The notes under the pieces: model-generated
Database searches by the model: none
What the model was told of the DNA's origin: nothing
The model's input: only the letters and a program-made list of their open reading frames with translations
Made by a program: the position numbers and the translations under genes
NCBI GenBank assembly: GCA_054600435.1
Contig: BAAIJX010000032.1
Span: forward strand, 124,001 to 188,000
DNA: 64,000 nt
Source of the DNA: Neophaeotheca triangularis
Taxonomy: Eukaryota
Direction: 5' to 3'
Shown: piece after piece, positions 36,890 to 47,790 of the stretch
Numbering within the stretch: position 1 is the first letter of the stretch
Layout of the letters: the number at the start of each line of letters is the position of its first letter

Positions 36890-39231
36890 ATGGGTTGTAG
36901 CTTTCTCGTAACGCAAAGTATGAATTCGAATGTTGAATGTAGCAAGTGTTCCTCTTGTGCAATGATAGCAGTCTCAAGGGCTTTAGTTCTAGACATGTTT
37001 GGGTAGAATACTAAGGTACCTTACAATTAATGCTATTTGAATCGATGATGGTCTTTTCGTGAGCGGGTAGGGGAGCAACCCAACCCAGCAGTGGCAGTGC
37101 CAGGACCGGTTCAACTTCGGCAGACTTTGAGTGCGTGCACGACGGTCCAAGCTTGAGGATACAAGAAAACCTCAACTTTCGAATTCGCGACCTGCACTCC
37201 AAACCATCAACCTCTACAACCACCACCACTTCCGCCAATTCTTTTCAATAGCAACCTTCTTGTGGTACTCTTCAGTCATGCCATACTCCAGCATGTAGTA
37301 GCTGACTGATAGCAATGGTAAGCACCGCTCCCGTCTCTTCAACTCACCTCTGGGGATGAAATCGCAACAACCGCAATCAAACTAGAGTCTTTGACCTCTC
37401 CGGAGGACTGAAACTGTACTTGCACGTCAGTCTGATAGTCGACCTCACCGCAGCATTTGAAAAGGTTACGAGTGTCCGCGCTGTCGCTAATGCCGATATC
37501 TAGGTCTTGACCATGAACACAATGCTATGAGAGGCTTGGCCTAGTGCCACTAAAGACGACACCACGAGCCTATCCTGGTCTTTTCTCCCAAGGGGTGGAC
37601 TAGATCCTCGTGGGACCACATGAAAGACGTGAGTACATCCTTTCCATCCCCACCTCACCTCAAACCACCTCATATGATGAACATTTCGTTTATATACGCT
37701 GGAAATTACCGACTGAGACATTTGTCGCTGGCGAAAACAAATGGCTAAATCTGATCCCTCCCTATCAATTGCAACTGCTGTCACGAAGAACTATCTTCTG
37801 GACATCTGCTGATATGCGTTCGCAACAGGTTGCTAGCAGTCAAGACGACAGACAGTGTTGCTGCCCGTCACGTGTTACCGGTATGCAGGTATCGCTCCTT
37901 GCCCCCACGGCACAGCCACCTGGTAAGCAACCTTCACCCTCCTCACCCCTTGCATCTGATGAAGCGGCACTGGGCTCCGACTCAAGTCATGACCGGATAT
38001 GCCATTTTGCGACAGGCCTAGAAAACCTCGTCCACTGATGCGAGTAACTGGTCGAAATAAGTGTGATCAACATGTCTGCACTCCTCGCTAACGCCTTGCG
38101 TCTCCAGGGCACACACTCGATCAAGGACGTAGTTGAATCGGTCCGCCATGACGCTCCCCATGAATACGCAAAGTAAGTTGCTTCTCTGCCTTTGCCGTCT
38201 TCGCCAATATTACATGATGATCCTTTAAGATGACGAGTCTTATCTGGCCTTGCCAATGCGGACACAACTTTTACTACCATTCATGCAAACCCTGATCACA
38301 CTTGCACCTCCAACTCTATAGAGTTTCATTGAGTTGACAGACAGCTCACTGACTTTCGCGCAGGGTACATCCTACCTCCTCAGCATTCAGCCCATTGAGC
38401 TTGCCTACATGATGATACGACTTTACCAAAAGACAAGCATATGTCCAAGCTCTTTGACCGGAGCGGAGACGAGAACTGTCATGTCTGATTGGCATCTCAT
38501 ACATACATCTTGCCATCGATGTTACCAACGCTCTTACTGACTCGGTCAGTGGACGCAGAGCTTGCGCATGGTGAGCCTCTCGACAGGCGGGCACCCATTG
38601 TGGTTGCATACTCCAATCAACTCGCAGGAGTCTTTGGTATGTACACACACTCTTTTCCATTAACACCCTTAGCATGATGACTTCATACAATCACGACGGT
38701 CGACATAGCAGACTAAAAGTCTGTATTGATGAGATGGCCCTTGACCGGGCCTATTTGCACTGATCTCTTCTATTCGCGAAATCTCAGCTTGCTTTCCGTT
38801 CTACACGATTCGGGCCAGCGCTGACTGCAACATTCAGACAATAACCACCGTTCCGTCACTCGCGAGGTGAGGGCTGTTCTTGCCCATGCTGTTTCGTGGG
38901 TACCAATTTCGGTGGCCAAACTTTCCTCTGGCACATTGTGGCTGCGCTTCGTGTCAGGGGGTGCTTTTTGTGATTTGGGACTTTGTTGTATGTGAAGCGT
39001 GGAGGTTGAGATGACAAGCGAAGGGTGTTACGTCTCGTGCGATGCGTAAGGCATGTCGAGAGGGCTTTGGTATCATTCATCTTCCGAACCATCACGGCGT
39101 GACCCTTTTTCGCGGTGGTAGAAGTAAAAGAATCCCGTATACACTCCATAACACCAACGCTTCAACCCAAGCAATTAAGATCGCACCTCCCACGATATCC
39201 AGTCATAATGCTGCAGCCGCCCTGCCCTCGC

Positions 39232-40056
39232 TCACCCACCAAGACAGATCCCCAAGAAAGCATCTCGATCAATTCCCCCTTCCCCTCTAACATCAAACTC
39301 CTCGATCATAGCCGCAAGCTCTTCCTCCTGCAACCCCTCCCCCAGCTCTCGCGCCACTCTCCTCAAGTCTGCCAACTCTATTCTTCCCTTGCCTTCCATA
39401 TCAAACAGCTCAAAAGCCCTCATTATCTCCTCTTGCGGATCCCTCGCCTGTATCTTATCCGCGGCCACTCTCGCAAACGTAGCCCGACTCAGCAACAACC
39501 TAGAAGGCCCCGAAAACGAAGGCACAACCGGCGCATTCCCATCGTGAACATTGTGGGTATTACCACTCTGCTGCTGCTGCTGCTGCTGTATAGAAGAAGC
39601 AGGCACGCCGTAATCCTGCAGCAGCGCGAGTATCTCGGACTTGGGCAAATCGAATCCCAACGCTTTGAGAGCGACGCGCAGTTCGTGGTAGTCGATGTGC
39701 TCGTCCTTGTCGAGGTCGAAGAGCTGGAATGCTTCGTTGACTTCTTCCCGTTGCTCTTCGGTGATGTTGTCCAAGGCGCTGCGTTGTTGGGCTTCTTCGG
39801 CTTCGCGGCGTTGGCGCTCTTCGCGCTCCCGCTCCAGTCGAGCGGTTTCGCGCGCTTGGTGGGTGGAGGTGCTGGGACCTGCGTTGCCGCCAGTGGTGGC
39901 GTAGGGGCCTTGGTTTGGCGGTGCGTTGAAGGGGGTGGAAGTGTTGTAGCGGCTTGTTTGGTATGGCTGTTGTTGTTGTTGTTGTTGTTGCTGTTGTTGG
40001 TTTCCTGCGCCGCGCGAGAGTCCGGTGTAAGGACGGGAGGGGAATGGTGTTGCCAT
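39232..40056 (-). CDS. cdc31: Centrin (Cdc31)
   Basis: EQREEVNEAFQLFDLDKDEHIDYHELRVALKALGF, RDPQEEIMRAFELFD and LRRVARELGE EF-hands. Confidence 0.9.
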   Translation of the reverse strand: MATPFPSRPYTGLSRGAGNQQQQQQQQQQQPYQTSRYNTSTPFNAPPNQGPYATTGGNAGPSTSTHQARETARLEREREERQRREAEEAQQRSALDNITEEQREEVNEAFQLFDLDKDEHIDYHELRVALKALGFDLPKSEILALLQDYGVPASSIQQQQQQQSGNTHNVHDGNAPVVPSFSGPSRLLLSRATFARVAADKIQARDPQEEIMRAFELFDMEGKGRIELADLRRVARELGEGLQEEELAAMIEEFDVRGEGGIDRDAFLGICLGG

Positions 40057-41611
40057 GCTTTTGGTAGGCTGTCAAGGAGCAATGTTGTCGAGCGAAGGTA
40101 TCTGGCGCGAAGTGGTGAGTTGTCGATTTGTTTTATTTGGCTACGCTTTTCGAAGCTCGCGCGTGTCGGCGCGTAGTCGCGACCCTCTCGACATGCCTCG
40201 GTTTCGGAATGGGAAAGTGAGACGAAAGGGTTAGAGTTTGAGTTGAATGCGATCTTTCTTGCGATCTGTTGTGACAAGCGATGATTTCCAGTGAGTTCTT
40301 TGGTATATTCAGAGGGTTTTCAAATGCGTTTCATTGGCAGGATTGTGAAGTGAAGCGGTTACGTGGTTGCGTTTACTGTTGTCGGCCTAAATCATACCGT
40401 GTTCATGAAATGCCCTATGCATCAAATTTGGCTATGTTCGTCCAACTGTCAAGACCAGCATACAACGATCTTGCAAACCGAATATGATTATTCCGTCGAA
40501 CGCCCATGAAAACACGTAATGTATTCAGAGGCTCTTCTAGTGCTCCATATACGCCAGCCGAGCAATCGATCCGAATCCCATCATCCTCGCTGTCCAGCGC
40601 CCATCGACACACACTCAGCGGAGTCGTACCACCTGTCATGGCCATCAGCAATCCCATACTACGCTCCATGACCCCATAATCTCAAGCCACGCGTCCGTTG
40701 CTCCCCGTAGTCTACACCATCTCGTCTTGCTTAGGTACTTCCAGCCACGACCCTATCAGCTACCAATCGTCTGAAAATCCCCCAACCGCTGCCCCTTCCC
40801 CTTCACACCTACAGCCTCGCCTCGCCTGATGCATGTTCAGGGCCCATTGTAGCGTATTGACCAGGGCTTCAGGAGCCAGCAAGCATTTAACGAGAAGACT
40901 CCTGACTCCACCAACAACTCCTCTGTGTCACATTGACTGTAGCCTTATGGCAGGAGCCCTGGAAACACCGTGCTTCCAACTTCGAGATCACCAGCCAAGT
41001 GGTCGGCGGTTCCGTGACCAGAGTAAAACCGCAACGCCGTGAGTCGCCACGATTGGACTTCCTACGCCGTGGTGTCTCGTGGTTACCGTCCGTGAGCGTG
41101 TGGCCTACGTCGGGTCTGAGGCGCGCTGGGATCGCCCGCATGCTGCGTTTTGAAGACTGCTCGGTGGTCGACCCATGTAGACTTTGAAACAGACGGGAGA
41201 CAGAGTTTACGACGGAAATAGCCAGTACTTGAGAGACAAACCAATGCCATGGGGTTGCGCCTACCTGATTGTAGCTATGTAGAGTTAATTCCGTATAGAT
41301 GACTTGGCCAGATGCGATTGAGAAGCTCAGCTCCTTGGGGGGCGTCGCCTCACGCTGTGACTATTGGCGTGAGACTCAGGGCGAGACCAAAGAGGAGAAA
41401 TCCCAAAGCGGCGCTATGCCAGATCACCGAGCCCCTGGAACCAACGGCTTAGCTTGACACTTGGATAGCGAAGGACCCGAAGTGATCCACCCACATGTTC
41501 ACCTTCTGAATTTGTATGTATCGTAGCAAGTCTTGATCATATTACCATGCTAGTTTTCCAAGGATTCGTACATTTGCCTTGTCCTGCGTCAAGCCCTCAC
41601 GCATGCATACC

Positions 41612-42829
41612 CTACGAAGCCGTCGCCATCACCGACTCCATCCAAGGATAAACACTTCCATTTGCAGGCGGGTAGCCCATGTGCAACAGCCCGGTAAAGA
41701 ACCTAGCCTCCTTTGGACTCCCATACTCCATCATCAACATGGAGTCCTCAATCGGCATCAACCCATCGTGCGTGCCGTTGATGAGCAACAGCCTACAACT
41801 AGGCATATCCACGACCCCAGTCTCAATCAACGAAAAGTCCTTTTGCGCCTTATCCATGAACTCATCTTCGCTTTTGTAGCCGAATTTCGCGGTGAGCGCG
41901 GGCAGGGCCGTCCAGGGATATTCGTGGTCCTTGGCCTTCTCTAGCCAGGGGCGAGAGAAGAAGTGGTGGGTCCCGGCCCCTTGGCCTACGGCGCCTGCTA
42001 ATCGTGATGCGTGGGTGTGTGCGGCGCGGATGGCGTTGTGCCCTCCGGCGCTGAGACCCCAGCACAACACCTTTCTCATGTCAAAGTGCTCCTGCGATTG
42101 CATCCAGTCGAGGATGCTTGTCCACAGTCTGTCCGCGGACTTGGGGTCTCGACGATCCGCCGGGCAATCCGCTGTTCCAGGAATATCGACAATGACACTC
42201 GCCCAGCCACGTTTCAGAAACTCGTCAGATCTGACGGTGTTGTCTGGTCTATGTCCATCGAGGCCGCACATGAGAATGACAGAGGGACAGGGCGAGGATT
42301 TGGAGGTGCCAGGCGGAAGACGAATGTACAACGGCACTTCTTTGCCTTCATCGTTGGAGGCACTGGCTGTATGAGATATTGCGACGTCTTTGATTGGCAC
42401 TTCGAAGAGAGATGCTGCTTTCATGTATGCCACCTTTTGCGCTTCATAAGCCTTCACCTTCTCGTCGCTGTTGATGTAGGGAAATCTAGCGATGCGGTAG
42501 ACAGCGCAGGCTCGAAGATAGAGCTCAATAGCCTCTTGTTTGCTTCCGGCTTGTGAGGCAGCATCGCCCTTCTTGACGAGGTCCTCGCAGGTTGGGAGGA
42601 ACTCCTTGGTGTACTCGACGCTGTAGCCATCGTGGATACCCTTTTGGATGAGAGTCTCGAAGATTGGCGCAAAGTCCTCGTATTTGCCGTCGTGAAATGG
42701 GTAGAGGGATCGTTCGCAAGGGAACTTCCACTTCTTATACCAGAGGTTGTCGACGGAACCGAGATGGGGGTACTTCTGCTCGAACTTGTCGCCGAGGATC
42801 CAACGGGAGCCGGTACGTGGGTCTGTCAT
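41612..42829 (-). CDS. ayg1: Ayg1/Yg1 polyketide-shortening alpha/beta hydrolase (DHN-melanin)
   Basis: RWILGDKF...YPFHDG.YEDF N-terminus, GLDGHRPDNT, nucleophile WGLSAGG, DGLMPIED and LHMGYP. Confidence 0.9.
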   Translation of the reverse strand: MTDPRTGSRWILGDKFEQKYPHLGSVDNLWYKKWKFPCERSLYPFHDGKYEDFAPIFETLIQKGIHDGYSVEYTKEFLPTCEDLVKKGDAASQAGSKQEAIELYLRACAVYRIARFPYINSDEKVKAYEAQKVAYMKAASLFEVPIKDVAISHTASASNDEGKEVPLYIRLPPGTSKSSPCPSVILMCGLDGHRPDNTVRSDEFLKRGWASVIVDIPGTADCPADRRDPKSADRLWTSILDWMQSQEHFDMRKVLCWGLSAGGHNAIRAAHTHASRLAGAVGQGAGTHHFFSRPWLEKAKDHEYPWTALPALTAKFGYKSEDEFMDKAQKDFSLIETGVVDMPSCRLLLINGTHDGLMPIEDSMLMMEYGSPKEARFFTGLLHMGYPPANGSVYPWMESVMATAS

Positions 42830-43622
42830 GGTAAAGAGATTTGAAAAGGAGGGAGAGAAAGAGAGAGAGCAAGAGTGAGAGAGGGATGTTCTGGGAGGGA
42901 ATAACAGCTTGCCCTACCTTTTTGTATTGGATGCCCGGGGAGAATCAGGGACGAACTCAAAACCTTCCGACTTGCATCGTGTCCGGATTGACCATTATTG
43001 TCATAGCTGTAAGAGGGTAAGCAACGGATCTCCGACGGGTATGCGTAGTAATCCGATCGGGCATTGAATTCCAGATCTACTGAGGATGAAGTTGTTGTTC
43101 TGTTCTCCAGGTGGGGAGATCTCGAGAGCGACCAACCCGACCACCTTTCGGATGTCCATGGATGTGATTGTAGCTCACATCTTTGAGGTGATGAGGCAGT
43201 CGACAGAGCCAAGGCGAGGTTAAGGCCTTTGTCGAGAGAACGTCCCAAGGAAGGTTGACCGAGCACAGGCAAACCCCACGCCATGTCATTGCCGACCCGA
43301 CCCCATGATGCTGTCCCCTCGGGCACGTTCACCTGGGCAAGGTACCTTAACCTTGAACACAGCTATCACGAGGAACACCTACTGTAGGTAGGTAGATACG
43401 CCATTACAGCAACCGATCGTCTACCACGAAACCCTTGAAAGATCTCAAGTGCTCGCCGACAACACTGGAGCTTCCTCTCCTCGCAAACCCGGGCCACTCC
43501 AGCAGCACCTAGCCGCGAAACGGCTTGGCCTGCGACTGCTAGCTTGGCGCTCTGACTGGCAAGGACATTACCTTATTGTTGTTGTACCTCCTCTAAACCT
43601 CCACCAACAAAGTATCACAACC

Positions 43623-45365
43623 ATGGCAGATCAGCAATCCACAGAGCCAGACGAGCCGCCTGTCGCGGCACTAGTCGACGAAAAGGACAAACAGAATCTC
43701 ACCACCGAGCCCGAACCGTCTTCTGCGAGCACCGAGAACAGCCCTCCGCCTTCTGCCAGCACTACGACGCACCCTCCTACCACTTCACCCCTCTCACCAC
43801 ACACTCCCAGGAAGACATCAGGTAAATCCGTCGAAGAGTACTACACAAACCGACCGCGATTCGACAAGCTAGGCAACAAGCTACCAGACAGAACGCACGG
43901 CGCCATGTCGTCTGTCTACGGGAAGAGCAAGATAAGCCTGCCAGGAGATCTCGGACCAAACGATCCAAGGCGGCCAAAGTCGCCAGCACCTGCAAACATG
44001 CCTGGTGATCTCGGTCCTAACGATCCCCGCAGACCGAGGAGCACCAACTCGTCTCCCGTCCCTTCTAGTCACTCGCGCAAGGCTAGTGATCCGGAGGGCA
44101 TGTTGACTGAGGAGGGGGAGAGAATTATGAAGGATCCCAAACAGCCAAAGCAGGAGGAAGAGAAGAGTAAGGACAGTGACGTTGATGGTGATACCGACAA
44201 TGAAGGTGTCAAGCGTGGCAGAGGACGGATACGCCCCGAACCCGGTAGGACGACTTCGGGGAAAGCTATCAACGTTCGATCTGACAGTGAGGATTCTGTG
44301 CGGCAAACAAAGCCGGATCCGACGAAAGGCGAGTCTCTTTTGACGTGGAAGGGTGATCCGAAGATTAAAGTTACGCCTCCATCCGAGAAGAAGCGGGTTC
44401 ACCCAAGCACTTCGTTTGATTTCGCGCCTTCTTCGACTGGCACGCCCCTTGATAGTGATGAGGAGTCGCACTCTGAGCTTCGTGCCGCGCAGAAGCTATC
44501 CCTTACGACGTCCGCTATTCATAGCACACCATCCGCGCATCGTGCGCTTCGCCAGATCATTCGAGGCGATTATGCTCATTTCCAGCGTGAAGCAGAGGAA
44601 GGTCGGAAGCGTCAACGCATGTATCTTGTCGCCACTGATATTTCTCCCGAGGCCGAGTATGCGCTCGAGTGGACGATTGGCACGGTGTTGCGGGATGGGG
44701 ATACCTTGTTTGCCGTCTACGCTGTGGATGAAGAGAACGTTGGCGGTGAGGGTGGGGTGGAGGTTGGTCACGGCGCAGAATCTGTTCGCGACACTGCTGC
44801 GATTATTCGAGGTTTGCCTGCTACCAATGCACCGCCTCCTTCTCCCGGACCGAGCCCGCTTTCGAGGTCTGCCGTGGGCAGTATCAACGACAATCGTAGC
44901 CGCAGCCGTGGACCCGCGGGAACTTCACAATCGCATGCCGAGGCGGAGCGCCGTAAAGCGATCGAAGCAGTAACTGAGCGCTGCATCCGGCTTCTCCGCA
45001 AGACCCGTCTGCAGGTGCGTGTGGTAGTGGAAGTCTTTCACTGTAAATCGCCGCGCCATATGATTACCGAAGTCATCGATTTTCTCTCGCCAACGCTGGT
45101 GGTCATTGGAAGTCGTGGTCGCAACAGCGTCAAGGGTGTGCTTTTGGGTAGCTTCAGTAATTACTTGGTTACGAAGAGTTCGGTGCCGGTTATGGTTGCG
45201 CGGAAGAAGTTGCGAAAGCATAGCAAGACTGACAAGAGGAATAGAGATGGTACCAGTGTGCCGTACACGGGGACTGGCAGGACCGGGCGATTCAGCAACG
45301 TCATTGAAGCGCCGAGGGGCAAGGGGTTGAGGGTTGATAGTTGGGACAAGGTGGGAATTGATTGA
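43623..45365 (+). CDS. Universal stress protein (Usp) domain protein
   Basis: YLVATDISPEAEYALEWTIGTVLRDGD and VVIGSRGRNSVKGVLLGSFSNYLVTKSSVPVMVAR, preceded by a long disordered N-terminus. Confidence 0.88.
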   Translation: MADQQSTEPDEPPVAALVDEKDKQNLTTEPEPSSASTENSPPPSASTTTHPPTTSPLSPHTPRKTSGKSVEEYYTNRPRFDKLGNKLPDRTHGAMSSVYGKSKISLPGDLGPNDPRRPKSPAPANMPGDLGPNDPRRPRSTNSSPVPSSHSRKASDPEGMLTEEGERIMKDPKQPKQEEEKSKDSDVDGDTDNEGVKRGRGRIRPEPGRTTSGKAINVRSDSEDSVRQTKPDPTKGESLLTWKGDPKIKVTPPSEKKRVHPSTSFDFAPSSTGTPLDSDEESHSELRAAQKLSLTTSAIHSTPSAHRALRQIIRGDYAHFQREAEEGRKRQRMYLVATDISPEAEYALEWTIGTVLRDGDTLFAVYAVDEENVGGEGGVEVGHGAESVRDTAAIIRGLPATNAPPPSPGPSPLSRSAVGSINDNRSRSRGPAGTSQSHAEAERRKAIEAVTERCIRLLRKTRLQVRVVVEVFHCKSPRHMITEVIDFLSPTLVVIGSRGRNSVKGVLLGSFSNYLVTKSSVPVMVARKKLRKHSKTDKRNRDGTSVPYTGTGRTGRFSNVIEAPRGKGLRVDSWDKVGID

Positions 45366-45680
45366 GGGGAAGGCAAGACTTGTGCTTTGGCGTGGGTAGA
45401 ATAGAACGACGCTTTTATGACTATTGCTAGATGTGTAATGCTTCGAAATGAGAGACATGTGCTTGAAGTGAAGGAGATGTCCTCATGGCGGTGGCTTGTG
45501 GTTCAAAGTTTGCATGCTTGTGGCTAAGAAGCCAGTCACGTACCGTTTGCTGGATCTCGTGGAATGCCTATGTGAGTGATTTATAGTCGTAGGAGCTGCC
45601 TGGGGTGCGCCTTGAGTAGAAGAGTCTTTTATTTGATCGCGCATTCTTACCGTGTTGCATCTTTGCCTGGAAAGATTGCT

Positions 45681-46200
45681 GGTCGCTCCAGATCTGCATG
45701 TGACGTCCCCGGCGAAGCGTACTCAGCGAACTGGATCCTCGTCTGGTCTGGCGACTTCAAATAGCTGCTGTCATCAGGCTCACAGGATCCGCAGCGATCC
45801 ATGAAACCAGCCCTAAGCTGCCGTGAGGCAATGAGTCGAAGGGAATTGAGTAGTCTTGACTATTGGCACAATCGCACTAGATGTGGGCTTGATGTCCCTG
45901 GCGAAGCGTACTTCATTGGAAAGGTCTCCATCGAACTTGGAAGCTCCCAAATGGTGCTGCAATACAGGTCTCAGTGATCCGTAGCAAGTCATGAGATCAC
46001 GACTTTTTTTGCCGAGAGGTAACGCAAGCTGTTTGGGGAAGCTGATTCTGACTGCGGCCATCGACATGGTCGCTCCAGATCTGTACTTGACGTCCCTGGC
46101 GAAGCGCACTCAGCCCAAGAGGTTCTCGTCGAACTGGGTGCTTCCTGTGAGCTGCTGCCGACCAGTTCACAAGGTTCCGTAGCGAGCCATGAGATTACGG
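45681..46200 (-). repeat. Three degenerate ~190-bp tandem repeats, probably a decayed coding region
   Basis: TGAYGTCCCYGGCGAAGCGYACT at 45701, 45890 and 46088, with spacings of 189 and 198 nt. Confidence 0.65.
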
Positions 46201-47407
46201 CCCATGCTGCCGCAAGCTTGGGAAAACTGTCGGGGGGGCTATTGGTTGGGAGACTTGGAGAATTGTAGACACTGCCTTTGTACTGCCTCAGCGGTGACAA
46301 GTTGATGGTTCCTAGCAACTTCTGAGGCCATGAGGTAGCGCACGCTTCCGACAGGGCAGTTGAGCCGCTGGCCTTTGACTAGGAAGTTGGCGTCAATTTG
46401 ACAGGATTCGATTGGTGATGGTCTGTAGGTGATATCGACTACTTGTTGTGCCAGGCAACCTTCGAAGTCTCGAGGAGGTGCATCCGGGCAGCACTGCAGC
46501 GGACACGTGCGCGCACGCGTCCGTGCACAGACGTGCTAAATTTACGCACAATGCGGGAAGTGCGGGAGCTAAGCCGGGAACACATATGGCAAAATAGACA
46601 GCACTCGGTGTTGTCGAATATCAAAATTGCGAAAAGTTTGCCGCTGATGGTGTGTTGCAATTCAAGTCGTCGAGCATGGTTTGGCGTGTCAATGCGTTCG
46701 TTCGTTGATATCAATGGTATCGAACACGCTTGCAGAGCATTCAGCCGTGGATCTGCTGAGCGGCTCGAACTTCTTCCCTCCCATAGCAATAGTCGATGGC
46801 TGAGCGCACCATCTGCTGTCGAGGCACTAGGAGGTACCGGACGAGCTGATATGCTCGAGGCTCTTTTCGAGTTTGGTCAGCTGGTGAATCGATATAGAGC
46901 GTAGATACAAGCGTAGCCCTTGCGAACGATGCCACAAAAGTACCCATTTGGTGCCGTATCATGTTGCAGCGGAAAGTTGAATCCATTCGTGCTGCTGTTA
47001 GCATGCTTCAAGCAGTACAGGCGCATCGCTCGGTAACCGCAAGCTCGAAGAAAATGATACTCTGGTCTTGAGGTAATTCAAACGATCGGTTAGCAGGTCG
47101 TAGCTTGAAAAATCTTCGATGGCCCACGTTACAGTACTAGTACCTCCCGAGTCCGGACGGACTTTAGGTAAGTAGTCTCCATGATCAAGGCGTTCCATCG
47201 TGACTCGTGGTTACTGTCTAGCCCTACTCAATGAAGGACCGTGCGAGAGTAGTTCTCATCGACAGGGATTCCCTGCCCCGATTGACAACGTTGGCAACCA
47301 CGCAACTCAGAAGTAGGCGGAAAAAAGGCTTTATTGCAGCATACAAGCTACATAAAGTGCTGCAAGGTAAACGCACGTCATAAGGGGCAAAGATGATGTT
47401 TGTAATA

Positions 47408-47545
47408 CGACACCTTACTCAGGGGTTCGCCGCTGATCGTAGCATTGCACCTTGAGGTGGATTCTTACCTGTGGAATTCGAACTCGACCCCCGCAAGAAA
47501 TTAGCGAGGCTACAGCAGCATGTGCATAACAGTAGGCTAACGTGG
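47408..47545 (-). pseudogene. Degenerate tRNA-Ser relic with canonical-position intron and candidate GT-AG insert in the acceptor stem
   Basis: On the minus strand: anticodon stem TTAGC/GCTAA, loop CT-ACT, ~23-nt insert, long variable arm, GAGTTCGAATTCCAC, then AG|GTAAGA..55 nt..AAG|GTGTCG. The 5' half is not clearly recognisable. Confidence 0.5.
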
Positions 47546-47623
47546 CTGGTACAAGATTAGGATTCCAGTTAGGAATATATACAGCAATCCCGAGGGTCGT
47601 CGTTCAATACAACATCAACTCCA

Positions 47624-47782
47624 GGCATCTTGGCGGAGCGGTTAACGCGGTATGCCTCGCAACGCCCACAATATTCTGCAGATCCCGAGACTAACAAACT
47701 CGAAGTCAGCCTGCTAGCACTCTATTGAGTCTCAGCCTAGCTGATCCCTTCGGGGGCGTGTGTTCGAATCACACAGATGTCG
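47624..47782 (+). tRNA. tRNA-Ser(GCT) with one spliceosomal-type intron (47650-47705) and one canonical tRNA intron (47717-47738)
   Basis: Spliced sequence GGCATCT TG GCG GAGCGGTTAA CGC G|TCAGC CT GCT A|A GCTGA TCCCTTCGGGGGC GTGTG TTCGAAT CACAC AGATGTC G. All stems pair (one G-U), it has the Ser long variable arm and G73, and T7 follows. Confidence 0.88.
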
Positions 47783-47783
47783 A

Positions 47784-47790
47784 TTTTTTT
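47784..47790 (+). terminator. Pol III oligo-T terminator
   Basis: TTTTTTT begins 2 nt after the discriminator base. Confidence 0.75.

Noticed and set aside
39115..40277. Several long ORFs overlapping centrin
   Set aside because: Alternative-frame and antisense shadows of a low-complexity, GC-rich coding region.
40800..41450. GC-rich non-coding stretch that might be a structured ncRNA
   Set aside because: No recognisable snRNA, RNase P/MRP, SRP or snoRNA motif. An Infernal/Rfam search would be needed.
47284..47295. GACAACGTTGGC resembling the 5' end of tRNA gene B
   Set aside because: No following D arm, splice donor or matching 3' half, so probably chance.
47650..47705. Alternative reading of the tRNA inserts as bulge-helix-bulge or group I introns
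   Set aside because: They are too short for group I and show no evident BHB pairing at the junctions, whereas GT, CTAAC and AG are present in all three inserts of the intact genes.
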